A stretch of 63,483 bases of DNA, filler included, from Dimargaris cristalligena (GCA_003614675.1; 3 parts of 3 records of this genome joined end to end with filler, not necessarily neighbours in it), one strand, 5' to 3'; positions 38,556 to 50,660 are shown, counted from the whole stretch's first letter. Notes: generated by a model not told the origin, from the letters alone. Numbers and translations are program-made.

Positions 38556-40235
38556 TTACAATTTGGCTGGCTGAAGAAACTGCAGTTCCAACTCCCAGTC
38601 CGCTGCGACAGTACAGGCCGGGTCCACGACTTCACAAATGAATTGACCACCCTGACCCTGGCATCCGAAGTCCGGCTTGCGTGTTGGTGCTGCTGCCGCG
38701 GTGTTGCCTTTCTCGACCGGGGTCGTATCGTGGAGGACAATCAAATGAGGAATGGCGGATAGACCCATGATAACGATGCGTTCTATACGGACCTGGCCCA
38801 AGATCTGGTAAGCTTCGGTTTGTTCGGCCGAGATTTGTAGAGCGGCATCCGTAGGGGGTTGGGGGTCTAACGAAGCGTAGTAGGGGGGAACGATGGATGA
38901 TGATGATTCGGTCGCCGCGGAGGGGGCAGCCAGGCGAGTAGCCCGGAGTCGGTGATCACGGCTATACTGGTAAGTCTGGTGAACCTGGTGGCCAAAGGTG
39001 AAGGCGTAGGTCTCTTCGTCGTCCAGATACACTTCACCACGGGCCTCACTGGACCGATCCAAAGCCACTAGCAGCGTTAAGGGGTCATAGCGCATAAGGG
39101 TAGATGACCGACGGTGACGCATGCGTTGGGGAATGATATTGCCACCCCGAATGAACGCCGGAATGGTATGGAGGGGAGCGGCTACCGTAACCTGAGGTCC
39201 CTTCCCTCCTTCCGTATGTATGGGCTCGTGGGTAAAGTAGTTGAACCAGCTGGCTTCAGGGGGTAAATAAACGGTGGTGGTGGTTTGGCCGGCTTCCACG
39301 ATGGGTTTATAAAGGATGGCCGAGCCGAGCATCGCCTGGTCGTCCATCGCCAAAATGGCGGGGTCAAGGGGGAATTCGTAGAACATGGGGCGCATCACCG
39401 GGGAGTTGCGGATGTAGGCCCCGTGGAAGAGTGTGTAAATGTACGGCAGCAGGTAGTAGCGCGTACGGATAGCCGCTCGGATATGACTTAGGTAAGGTTC
39501 GCCCATAAGCCAGGGTTCGCGCCGGCGGGTGTCAATGTGGGCGTGGGCCCGGAAAAAGGGTTGGAAGGTTCCGGCCTGGTACCAACGGGTGAGCAGTTCG
39601 GCGTCGGGGTTGCCAAAGAAGCCGCCCACGTCGGCTCCGATAAAGTGGAGACCGGCTAGGGTGTTACTTAGAATCATGGGGATACTGGCGGCCAGGTGAT
39701 CCCAGCTGGCCTTGTTATCACCCGTCCAGACGGCACTGACCCGCTGGGTTCCAGCGAAGTACGCCCGGCTTAGCACGAAGGGACGACGCTGGTAGTGGTT
39801 GATGGGCAGTTGCGTGAGGCTGGGCTGGTCCTGCGGCACCTGCCGGTAGCGGACACCTTCATTCGTGGCGTTATGGAACATCAGCCCAAAGACGTTGTGT
39901 ACCTCGCGGTGCTCCACATGACCGTGGTGGATGGCGTCTTTTTCCAGGGTAATTTCGGGACCGTTGAACACTGAGGGCTCGTTCATGTCATTCCAAATAA
40001 AGAGGTCGGGGGTGGACCCCTTGTAGTGGTCGAACCGGAACAGGTCGGCCCACCAAGCAGCGGCCTGGGGGTTATGGTAGTCGACCCACTGGGAATTGCC
40101 AGGCCAGCACCAGCCCTGGAAGTCGGTGGTGCCGTCGGGTTTCTTGATGAAATAACCGTAGGACGCGCCCTGCTGCGAAACCGAGTAGGACGCGTCATTT
40201 TTGATATGGGGGTCCACGATGGTTACTAGCTTGCG
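38556..40235 (-). CDS. ROT2: Glucosidase II alpha subunit (GH31), C-terminal half
   Basis: RKLVTIVDPHIK, GWCWPG, catalytic IWNDMNEPSVF, WTGDN, GADVGGF, RWYQAG.FQPFFRAHAH and PVMRPM. Confidence 0.9.
   Translation of the reverse strand, partial: RKLVTIVDPHIKNDASYSVSQQGASYGYFIKKPDGTTDFQGWCWPGNSQWVDYHNPQAAAWWADLFRFDHYKGSTPDLFIWNDMNEPSVFNGPEITLEKDAIHHGHVEHREVHNVFGLMFHNATNEGVRYRQVPQDQPSLTQLPINHYQRRPFVLSRAYFAGTQRVSAVWTGDNKASWDHLAASIPMILSNTLAGLHFIGADVGGFFGNPDAELLTRWYQAGTFQPFFRAHAHIDTRRREPWLMGEPYLSHIRAAIRTRYYLLPYIYTLFHGAYIRNSPVMRPMFYEFPLDPAILAMDDQAMLGSAILYKPIVEAGQTTTTVYLPPEASWFNYFTHEPIHTEGGKGPQVTVAAPLHTIPAFIRGGNIIPQRMRHRRSSTLMRYDPLTLLVALDRSSEARGEVYLDDEETYAFTFGHQVHQTYQYSRDHRLRATRLAAPSAATESSSSIVPPYYASLDPQPPTDAALQISAEQTEAYQILGQVRIERIVIMGLSAIPHLIVLHDTTPVEKGNTAAAAPTRKPDFGCQGQGGQFICEVVDPACTVAADWELELQFLQPAKL
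40186..40235 (-). repeat. Left arm of an exact 50-bp inverted repeat (right arm 42238-42287)
   Basis: CGCAAGCTAGTAACCATCGTGGACCCCCATATCAAAAATGACGCGTCCTA is present on both strands. Confidence 0.95.
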
Positions 40236-40641
40236 ATTTTCTGGCGACGCTGGTCTTTTTGTTGTCCAAAGGGGAAGAATGTTCAGACGCGGTGGAACTG
40301 GAAGCTAATATAGAGTCACGTGCCATATACGAGTTATCTAGAAAGATGGTGGACTAGGGGGCTAATAATTAAACCTTTGGTAATCCATTATCCAGCTCAC
40401 TCTGCGGAGCTTTATCATAAGGAATGGACAGTGGCCCCTCTCCTGCCTTACTCAGTTCGATGCTGACAGGAAGGGTCGTCCCCACACAGTCACCATAACC
40501 AGATAGAATAGCCCGAGTGCTCTCTCCTTGCGCGCTTATTGCCCTCCATCGCCCTCATCCCATATCCACCATTGCGCTCTTCTGTGCCATTCTAACTACA
40601 AGCCTGCTATAACCTAACCACTTCTTACTTATTGTCTAGTC

Positions 40642-42288
40642 ATGTTGTTCAAATACTCGGTGTTGGGCTGCCTCCTGGCCCTTCCCGCCTACATTGAGGC
40701 TGTCAAACAGGAGGACTTTAAACTGTGCCACCAGGCATCCTTTTGCCGCCGCAACCGTGGCTTCGCTGACCTAGTCCGTAGCGGGGTCAGACCCTCCGCC
40801 GGTTCCGCCATGCCGGACTGGGCCGTACCATCCCCCGCCGCTACACCGGAGACCGTTGCTACGGGCAACCATCTCTCCGCCTACTCCCTCCAACCCGACT
40901 CGGCCCATCTTACCGAGGGTCTATTCGAGGCTGACGTTACCAACGAACTTTTCGGTACTCCACTCCGGCTTACGGTGGAGTGTCTCACGTCAGGCGTCGC
41001 TCGGGTGCAGCTCGTGGAACCCAAAGACAAGGCCCTGCGCCCCCGCTACGACGGACTGGACCACTTTGTTCTGGTGTCCGAACAATACCGGCCCCGCGAT
41101 AAAAACGCGCAACTGGTCCGCCGTAGTGCGGAATCCACGGGCGCAGAGGACCGGGCAACCGGCGAAGTTTTGGAAATTACCTATGCCCAGCGCCCCGCCG
41201 GAGGCCAGACCCCCGGCAGTGCGGTGTTGGCCCGTATCCAAAGCAGCCCACTGGCCATTACCTTTATCCAACGCCATTACCACGTCGATTCCGCCCCGGG
41301 CCCGGATGGCCAGTCCTGGACCGACGAAGTTCTCCTGGCCATTAATCGCGATGGTTTCCTCAATTATGAACATTACCGTACCCCCGAGACTGACGAATCC
41401 CTCCTAAAAACCCTACGTAACCCTGACACTGCTGAACAGGGCCGCTTCCGCGTCGCCCAACCCCTCGCCGATGAAGACGGCCGCTGGCGGGAAACTTTCC
41501 GGTCCTGGACGGATGCTAAACCCCACGGCCCCGCTTCAATCGGCGTGGATATCAGTTTCCCCGGTTTCGCCCACGTTTACGGTATCCCCGAACACGCCAC
41601 CGGTCTGAGCCTCAAGACCACCCGGGGCCCGGAGGCCCCCTACAGCGAACCCTACCGCCTCTACAATCTTGACGTGTTTGAGTACATTATGGATAGCCCC
41701 ATGGCCCTCTATGGGTCGATCCCGTTCATGACCGCCCACCGGCCCGGAACCTCCGTGGGCGTATTCTGGCTTAATTCGGCCGAGACCTGGGTCGATATTG
41801 AGAAGTACCGGGTCTCCTCCTTGTCCCCATCCTTGAAGGCCCGGCTTTCACAGCTCATGGCCTTAGGTCACCACGATTCGAAGGCCGAATTGACCGCCGT
41901 TACCACCAGCACCCATTGGATGAGCGAATCGGGGCACCTTGATATTTTTGTCCTCCCCGGCGGTGGCCACCCCGCTGACGTGCTAACCCAGTACGGGGGT
42001 CTGACCGGTACCACCGCCCTTCCCCCCACGTTTTCCCTGGCCTACCACCAGTGCCGTTGGAACTACAACAGCCAGGCCGATGTCCTCGATGTTGACGCTC
42101 ACTTTGATGAACACGATATTCCCTACGACGTGATTTGGCTGGATATCGAACACACCGACGACAAGCGCTACTTCACCTGGGACCCCAACCACTTTGCCGA
42201 CCCAGTGGCCATGCAAACCGCCCTGGCCGCTAAAAAGCGCAAGCTAGTAACCATCGTGGACCCCCATATCAAAAATGACGCGTCCTAA
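40642..42288 (+). CDS. ROT2: Glucosidase II alpha subunit (GH31), N-terminal half
   Basis: Signal peptide, VKQEDFKLCHQASFCRRNR, WRETFRSWTDAKPHGP, VYGIPEHA, PYRLYNLDVFEY, YHQCRWNY and IPYDVIWLDIEHTD. Ends in KRKLVTIVDPHIKNDAS at the contig edge. Confidence 0.92.
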   Translation: MLFKYSVLGCLLALPAYIEAVKQEDFKLCHQASFCRRNRGFADLVRSGVRPSAGSAMPDWAVPSPAATPETVATGNHLSAYSLQPDSAHLTEGLFEADVTNELFGTPLRLTVECLTSGVARVQLVEPKDKALRPRYDGLDHFVLVSEQYRPRDKNAQLVRRSAESTGAEDRATGEVLEITYAQRPAGGQTPGSAVLARIQSSPLAITFIQRHYHVDSAPGPDGQSWTDEVLLAINRDGFLNYEHYRTPETDESLLKTLRNPDTAEQGRFRVAQPLADEDGRWRETFRSWTDAKPHGPASIGVDISFPGFAHVYGIPEHATGLSLKTTRGPEAPYSEPYRLYNLDVFEYIMDSPMALYGSIPFMTAHRPGTSVGVFWLNSAETWVDIEKYRVSSLSPSLKARLSQLMALGHHDSKAELTAVTTSTHWMSESGHLDIFVLPGGGHPADVLTQYGGLTGTTALPPTFSLAYHQCRWNYNSQADVLDVDAHFDEHDIPYDVIWLDIEHTDDKRYFTWDPNHFADPVAMQTALAAKKRKLVTIVDPHIKNDAS

Positions 42289-42293
42289 TCAGG

Positions 42294-42393
42294 NNNNNNN
42301 NNNNNNNNNNNNNNNNNNNNNNNNNNNNNNNNNNNNNTTAATTAATTAANNNNNNNNNNNNNNNNNNNNNNNNNNNNNNNNNNNNNNNNNNNN
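42294..42393. other. Artificial scaffold spacer (N44-TTAATTAATTAA-N44)
   Basis: Same linker as 21101-21200. Confidence 0.95.
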
Positions 42394-43550
<1,157 letters not shown>

Positions 43551-43834
43551 TAGTAGACTCAAGCGCTGATAATTACTACACTATGGGATACCCTAATGAT
43601 CCTTACTCAGCGGGGACTACCATATATGCGCCATGCATTTACTAACAGACCCGCGGCAGCTGGTAAACTGATTATATAAAGGGTGTTTGGGCAGCGCGCC
43701 ATTGTCTCCTTAGTTTACTAGCAACCCCATCGCTGCTACCTCCACTATTATTAACTATTACTATTATACCCGCTCAATTAATAAACCACGCTCATTCTCA
43801 TTCGCTTTTAACAAACAGAAGGAAAACATGTACT

Positions 43835-44000
43835 ATCCTGGATAGGGCTCTTTCCTGTTTCTGACTAATTGTTTTAGATTATTTAGTTACACTATATCCT
43901 TTCATGTTAGCCACTTAAAAAGCACCCAGTCGACTATATTATTCAATACAACTTATCACCTAGAGGTACCTACCGTCCTACACCTGCTTTTTCTCCTTCC
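43835..44000 (+). repeat. Diverged dispersed repeat, copy B (partner 33245-33420)
   Basis: See copy A. Confidence 0.7.
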
Positions 44001-45234
44001 ACAGAGGTATATCGATAAATCTCGAGTATTTCCAAAGGACGCTGCTTATAAGCGCTGATAGAAAATATGGCGTATAGCTATTGAGCAGGTAGCTTATGAA
44101 GGCAAAAGCTTATTAGATGAAACTCCATCGCTCGCCAAATTTTTGCACCTCACTGGTGATTATAGGGTGGTTGGGAAATTGAAGCCCAAGAGGTATTCGC
44201 TTTAATCAACTTCAAAGGTCGGAGTGTATGGGCTCGTCCCAATTCCCTCGGCTTAATATTATATCACTTCCAAAGCTCAGTTGCCGTCGTCGGCCACAAT
44301 AATATAGTTCGTATCACGGCCTTTTCTTTAGAACCAATCCAATGGTTTGAATCATTGTATTATTTTAACGCTGAAGTGAGTACCGTCCCACCATTGTCAT
44401 CAATGGCCACCGCCTTTCTGCTCCTCGCTTGGGAAATTAAAAAAAACCCTGCCCTTAACCAGGCTGACTTCGTCAACTCCTCGCATATTCCTTCCCACCT
44501 TCAAGTAGAGGGAGGTTACTAATGGGGAAATGTCGATATCCAACCTCTATTACCTTGTCCTACATAGGATGAAAGGGAAATAACCATGGTAGGAAAGGAA
44601 TTGTGCGACTATAGTCCGATAGTCGTCGTTATATTCACAGACGTGAGGAAGAGGTGAAGTCAATGGGAAACACATTGCGTGACACAGATTATGGTGGTCA
44701 AATCAACTGTTAGGGGACTGTGCTCGATGGTGATAGTTGTTTAACGTAATGATGGCCACCTGAACAACCAACCTTGTCTCCTGGGTGAAAATAGGTGCCT
44801 TGCTATGATGCAGCATGACTTTAAATAATAATACAGCAATATAGCTCTAACAGTATTTGCCTTCCTATTTATTTTTTTGAGACTCCCGCCTGGTTTAGCA
44901 CATATTGCACCCCCTGCAACAGTTTATCTTTGTCGGCTCCATTTATAATGCGAAACGCAAAAACACACGAACATATATAAGTGTGCCAGCCAGCTGCCCC
45001 CACAGGACGAACCTCACCCCTCATCGTCCGACTTGGAGCCTGTTGTTTCAAGTTTTCTACTCCTACCTCATTTACCCATATCTCCAGCCAGCCATATCTA
45101 TCTGTAAAGGATAGCCCTATTTCACGAGTCTTACTCTCGACTTTGCCATTGTAAGACATCGTTAATCTACCCATTGATACCCCCCACCCCGACTTCTACA
45201 CGGTTCTTAGCACTACTATCTAGCACCTGCTATA

Positions 45235-46101
45235 ATGGGGTCGTCAATCAAGGATATTCTATTTCTGGCCGTGGTTTGAAGTCTCTTCTCGGCCAGCTTC
45301 GCGACTGAGGACTTACGCTCTGGTGCTCTACGCCCGACTGCCACCCACTACCCGTCTCCCATCGGGGGCAATGCTATCGCCAATGATGTTTCGCAAGGCC
45401 AGTCTAACCACCGAGGGCCGCTGGCCAACTACGCCGGCCACTTCGGATTACCAGCAACTGTAACCAGCTCCGCAACAGCTAGCACTCCCACCCCAAGCTC
45501 AGCCCTGCCGAACAGCTCGTCCCGTAGGCGTATCCCCATTACGAAGGCGGCATCGTCTAGATCCGATCGTAAAGTAGCCAAGATGAACAGGCTAATAGGT
45601 AAACAGGTGTGTCACATTTGCAACCGCCGGCTCTCCGACGACACTGGTGCGGACAATCACTATGCGTTACATGCCGCGGGAGGGGGCGTGTCCTGTGAAA
45701 AATGCGGGGGCCTGTGGGCCAGTCAAGGGTTACTCGATAACCACCAAAAAGTCCCCTGCGACACTACTTGTCCGAGCTGTAAGAGGTATTTTAAAAAAAT
45801 GGACAAACTTTACCGTCACCAGCGCACCGTAGAGGGCTGCCTATTCACGAAGAACTGTACTGAATGCAAGAAGTATTTCACTGATCCCGCCAAATACAAC
45901 AATCACGTAAAAAAAGGCTGTGCCGAAACCCCCGGTTTATGCGGGCATTGTGGAAAAGATTTTAAGTTCGCGGCTGATTTAAAAGTGCATCAACACCCGG
46001 GCAAATATGCCGGAAAATACACCTGTTTTAAATGCCATGATTCATTTGAAAACAACTGCCTGAAATGGATCCATCAGGATCCATGCGATGATTCTGCTTA
46101 A
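45235..46101 (+). CDS. Signal peptide + Ser/Thr-rich linker + six C2H2/C2HC zinc fingers; in-frame TGA at 45277-45279 (open ORF from ATG 45583)
   Basis: ATG 45235 is in frame with 45583: MGSSIKDILFLAVV*SLFSASFA... with no other stop. Six C-x2-C-x12-H units follow. Confidence 0.75.
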
Positions 46102-47717
46102 ACGTCCAGGACCCGGTATGTCTAATCGGGCATCCCGTTTGATTACTATTACACTGTATCCGCAAAACTCGCCTTCTCCAATACAATGTTTTTATGCCAT
46201 ACCTGCTTATATATCAGATTTGGATAATAACCACGTTTCCAATTTGAGTATTCTCAATAATTACATAGACAGCAAATCCGGCCATTATTTTATCAACCAG
46301 TAGGTGAGCCTGTTTTTTTAAAAAAAAATCTTTTGGTTGAAGCACCGGGTATTGGGATATTAACTCAACCATTGCTTGTCCAATGTTAGCTATAATATTC
46401 CAATTAAAATGGCTATCGATTCTGCAAGCACCTCTTTAGTGTGAAACCTACTTTACGGTTAAATAAACCAGACTAGAGCTATTACAATTATCTAGGCCTT
46501 GGTTTGGAAATATACCAGCTATCCTAGTGGTGGCTGACAATGGCCCAAAAATCACCTGCTTTGTATGATGGACTTGAAGCCCTCTCTTCACATCGTATAG
46601 GCCAATTGCCAAATCAGGTCTCGGCAATATTAACCATTTGGGGAAGTATCGCATAAGGCTTTTACAAAATAACAGTTATTTCCGAACATCGACAGAGTAT
46701 TAGGGGTGTAGTGGTGGAATCAACATTCGACATTACTATTCTTGGAAACACGTTTATGCAGCCAGATATTAAATGTCCCGATTTTCGCCAAAAGCTGCTG
46801 TAATGACTTATGGCTTACCCAGAATCCTTATGGATCGAACAGAATGACTTCAAATCATATGCAGTCCATTTTGAGTAGAATAGAGTCAGGGCATTACAAG
46901 CGAAATGTCGGTTAAAAACTAATGAGACCTGACTTAACCAACGGAGTATGCATGGTATAATCGGGCTGAGATGATTAAACAGGTTATTGAATAATACACT
47001 AGCGGTTATTTCTGATATTACCAAAGCAAGAGATTTCAGCGACGTAGTGGGAAATAAGAGATGGTGAAGTCCTTTAGGCCAGGGTTGATACAAAGGGTTT
47101 GGCCATGTACTACAGCAGCCAATAAGTCAAAACCATACCGGCGAGTTTGAGGATATCAGTGATTGGAAGCTATAGCAGGATCCTCCCGGTGGTTGGTATT
47201 TTGACCAATGCCCCCCTCCTTCCCCTCCCAATGGCCAAACGGGTTTCCACTATGCGCTAGTTTTTTGTATGCCAATGATGCCCCGAGCTCTCCTGATATC
47301 CAAGATGCTTACAAGGAAGGGGGGTGAGGGACCAGTGTAACTCATCCCGTTTGCCGTACTTATATTCTAGGCTATGGTCCGCATTAGTTCATCGACCTCA
47401 CACGGTCGGCTCTTCGATGAATCCGGGAAGGAAGCTCATTAAAAGAACAACTACAGATAGTTACTAATACTCCTTGAACCATGCCATCTCTATTTCCTTT
47501 GGTACTTCCGCTCCTTTTTTCAATTAATTTTCGACCTTGACACACGGTCATGTTGATCAGTTAACCACAGCCTACTTCGGTTACCTATCACTCCACACTA
47601 AGACGCTCAACTTTAGAAGAGACGGCCCCCAAGCAAAGAAATGGGGGCGAATCCGATTCGAAATGGTAAGGTCTGATTGAAGCCGAACCCGACATTCGTA
47701 TATATATATATATATAT

Positions 47718-47861
47718 ATAAGGGTGAAGTTCGGCTCGACTGTATAAGGTTTAAACTAGTATGTGTATGGGAAAATCGTCGGGATGATTATTTTCAACTG
47801 GTAGTATTTGCCTCATTAAATGGATTTTTCGTTATACAGCCTTGTTGAACTACTCTCGTAT
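47718..47861. mobile_element. 144-bp MITE, copy 2 (inserted in or next to a (TA)n tract)
   Basis: AGGGTGAAGTTCGG..CTGTATAAGG ... TTATACAGCCTTGTTGAACTACTCTCGTAT. Same length and internal motifs (GCCTCAT..TGGATTTTTC) as the other copies. Confidence 0.75.
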
Positions 47862-48597
47862 GTATATCATTCTTACCGCATGGGTTACACATGAGTGAAG
47901 TGGACATGTCCATGAGAACCTGTCTTCTAACCGCCCTTAAAGGCATGGGCAATGATCGGGTCTATCGGCTGGATACCATCCCATGCCGACTTGGACTGTA
48001 GTTGTCTAACGGGAAGCGTTGCTAGGTGTAGCCTGTACGCCATTCTTATGGAAGGCCAATTGCCCTTTAAAATGGCACTCCATTGACTGTCCTTTTCTTC
48101 ATGACGCCAAGAGAATGGCCCTGCCGGCTTCCGGATATAAAGCGAGTTATGTCTGAGTAAGGGCGGTGCGGTGGGGCTTGTCATTGACCAGCATTTGTCA
48201 TTCGTACGAATGCACAATGTACTACCTGGGCATAATATTTTCCCATACGTTTAGTGGAAGTAGTCTTCACTTTAAAGGTTTATGTCATTTTAATTCTTGG
48301 GGCACGCATTATGCTTTATGAGTTGTAGGTTGGCCTGATTTTCTTTTCTTTAAAAGACCCCCCAATTAGGCTGCCAACGGTATTACTACTGCAACCTAAA
48401 CAACGGGATATCCATTGAAATGGGCAGGGTCTCACGAAGCGATGGCTGAGAGAGGTCAGCTGACGAGAAGGGATATGAGAAGAGGGGAACAACAGCAAGT
48501 CGGGTTATCATGATAACATAATGATCAAAATATGGATCAATAATGGGTGTAGAATAATGAAGCGCAGATGTACAAGTGCCTGATTTGAAGAGGATGG

Positions 48598-48741
48598 ATA
48601 TGGGTGAAATTCAAACCAGCTGTATAAGATTTTACATAATACGTGTATGGGTGAATATATAAGAGAATAGCTTTTAACCAGTCATATTGGCCTCATACAG
48701 TGGATTTTTCATTATACAGCCTGAATGAACTTCTCCCATAT
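48598..48741. mobile_element. 144-bp MITE, copy 3
   Basis: ATATGGGTGAAATTCAAACCAGCTGTATAA ... TTATACAGCCTGAATGAACTTCTCCCATAT terminal inverted repeats. Confidence 0.8.
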
Positions 48742-50408
48742 TCTAATCAACCTCGGTGGTGATAGTTTAATGTAGGAGCGACAAGGAGCCCATCTCCACC
48801 GGCACAGCCTGGTGAAGGTCATTCACTGCAGTGGCCTGAATCGCTATTCTAGGCTGAGAGGGAGGGTGGGCTAGTCGACTCCCGCGACTGGGGCAAAAGT
48901 GGAATTACCCGACTGGGATCTAGGACCCTAGTTTAACCAAACTAAGCGAAAGAAAAAAATACATATAGAAGCCGGTCTATGTACATGTGCTCGCTTCTTT
49001 GTTTTCTGAAATAGTTGATCGAATCCTCCCAACTGGGATACACATGCCATGGTTTGTGCGCTATGGACTCCCAAACTATAACGTGTCTCTGAAACATTGA
49101 TATAGGCCTGTGTGGCCAGGCTAACTACTCTAATACGGAACCAAAGTCCTTGTGGGTAGGTTTCCCAAAGATGTAGCACCAGAAATTACCCCAACCAGAA
49201 AATATCGATGGGGTTTAACATAAGAGGGGGGGGCTACTAATACATTAGAGCACCGTAGTGCGGGGACTAGCCGGGAGGATGAGTATATCAGGGTGTATTG
49301 GGGTAAAACCAGAAAATGACCAGTCGTAGCTTGGAGAGTATTTTTGACGCAGGAACAAAGCCGAAGAACCGACCAAGAGTTAAAGTGATGGTATTTCAAT
49401 GTATCCACGGGTATTCCTCAAGGCTCTAATAGATTCTGGGGGTGCTTTCGGCTCAATGGAGAAAGTGTAGCATAGGAGTCCTTTAAGTATCGACTGGGTT
49501 GGGTAATTGTCCACCATGGCACTAGGTGCTACCACGGGAAAGGCAAACTGATATAAAGTGGCCCAGCTCGGTGGTCAGCGGATACAAAGGCCTAGCCGAA
49601 TTAGTTCAGGTTATTCTGCGCGGCGAGTTGCATTGTGACATTGTCCTACACCTCTTGGCTTTTTAAATGAGGCGTATCGGGAATATCTGATTAAAACCCC
49701 TTTTAACAAGCCACTAGCTAAGCAACTGAATGAGTGATGGGAATATTTGTCAGTATTGTGGCCTATTAACTTTGCTCATAGATGTTACACTAGGCGCCAG
49801 AGAGTCACCAGTTATACATATCTGCATTACGACTATAGGATAAATGGACCGTTGTTAGAGTCTGCTACTCCCACTATTTCCAGCATTTAGCCGCGTACCA
49901 CACTAACAACTCCATCCATAGATCCACATGGTTTTGAAATAAGCAATCTGAAGTTTCGTCGGAATGCTCGCCCCCAAATCCGGATTCCACATCAAGAATA
50001 CTACTTGTAACCTGCGGCACTCTCAATAGTGACCCGAGAATCAAAAAAAGGCGACCATCAGCTGATTACATTGGTATCATCTACGCGAGGGGGAGGGACC
50101 GGCCAATCCAAGGCCCACTCGATCCGTCGCTAATATTCATAGCATAATGAACTGAGCGGACACAGCTTTGTATAGAAACACCAAGTTACAAATGGGCCAC
50201 TAGATTATATAAAGTCTCACGACATTCCCCCTCCAAGATCAGACACCAACAGACAACCGCCGGGCTAATATATATACCTCCTGCTTCGCTTTACGTCCTC
50301 CGCCCTCCCAGTCACCTTTATTGACGTTTACACGCGCCAACCAACTCATCCATCCTCGCTACCAGTCCACCCAATACCATCACCCCTCTTGTACCCTCGC
50401 TCCTAGCC

Positions 50409-50660
50409 ATGCAGCTCCCCAGTTTGTCCTTGGTGGCCGTGACCGCCGCCGCCGCTATTGCCTTCGCCACCGCGGCCGTCCTACCCACTGCTGCCATGGA
50501 TAAGGTCGCCAGCAGTCCACCTGAAAACTTAGCCCATGCCTCCAACGGAGCTCAGGATAACCCTGTGAATCGTGATGATAACGATATACCATATACGTGT
50601 GAATGTGGTTTAAAGTTTTACAATCGTATGCAGTACAATGCCTGTTACCATTCGCACTAG
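50409..50660 (+). CDS. Small secreted protein (83 aa) with a C-terminal C2H2-like zinc finger
   Basis: Strong signal peptide MQLPSLSLVAVTAAAAIAFATA, GC3-rich codons, GCCATG start context, TATA boxes near 50206 and 50269. C-terminus YTCECGLKF.......CYHSH with C-x-C-x12-C-x3-H spacing. Confidence 0.7.
   Translation: MQLPSLSLVAVTAAAAIAFATAAVLPTAAMDKVASSPPENLAHASNGAQDNPVNRDDNDIPYTCECGLKFYNRMQYNACYHSH

Noticed and set aside
40434-40476. Hairpin containing GTTCGA (tRNA T-loop-like)
   Set aside because: No cloverleaf, D-arm or acceptor stem could be built.
45277-45279. TGA as selenocysteine
   Set aside because: It lies within a signal peptide, not a redox motif, and no SECIS could be recognised downstream.
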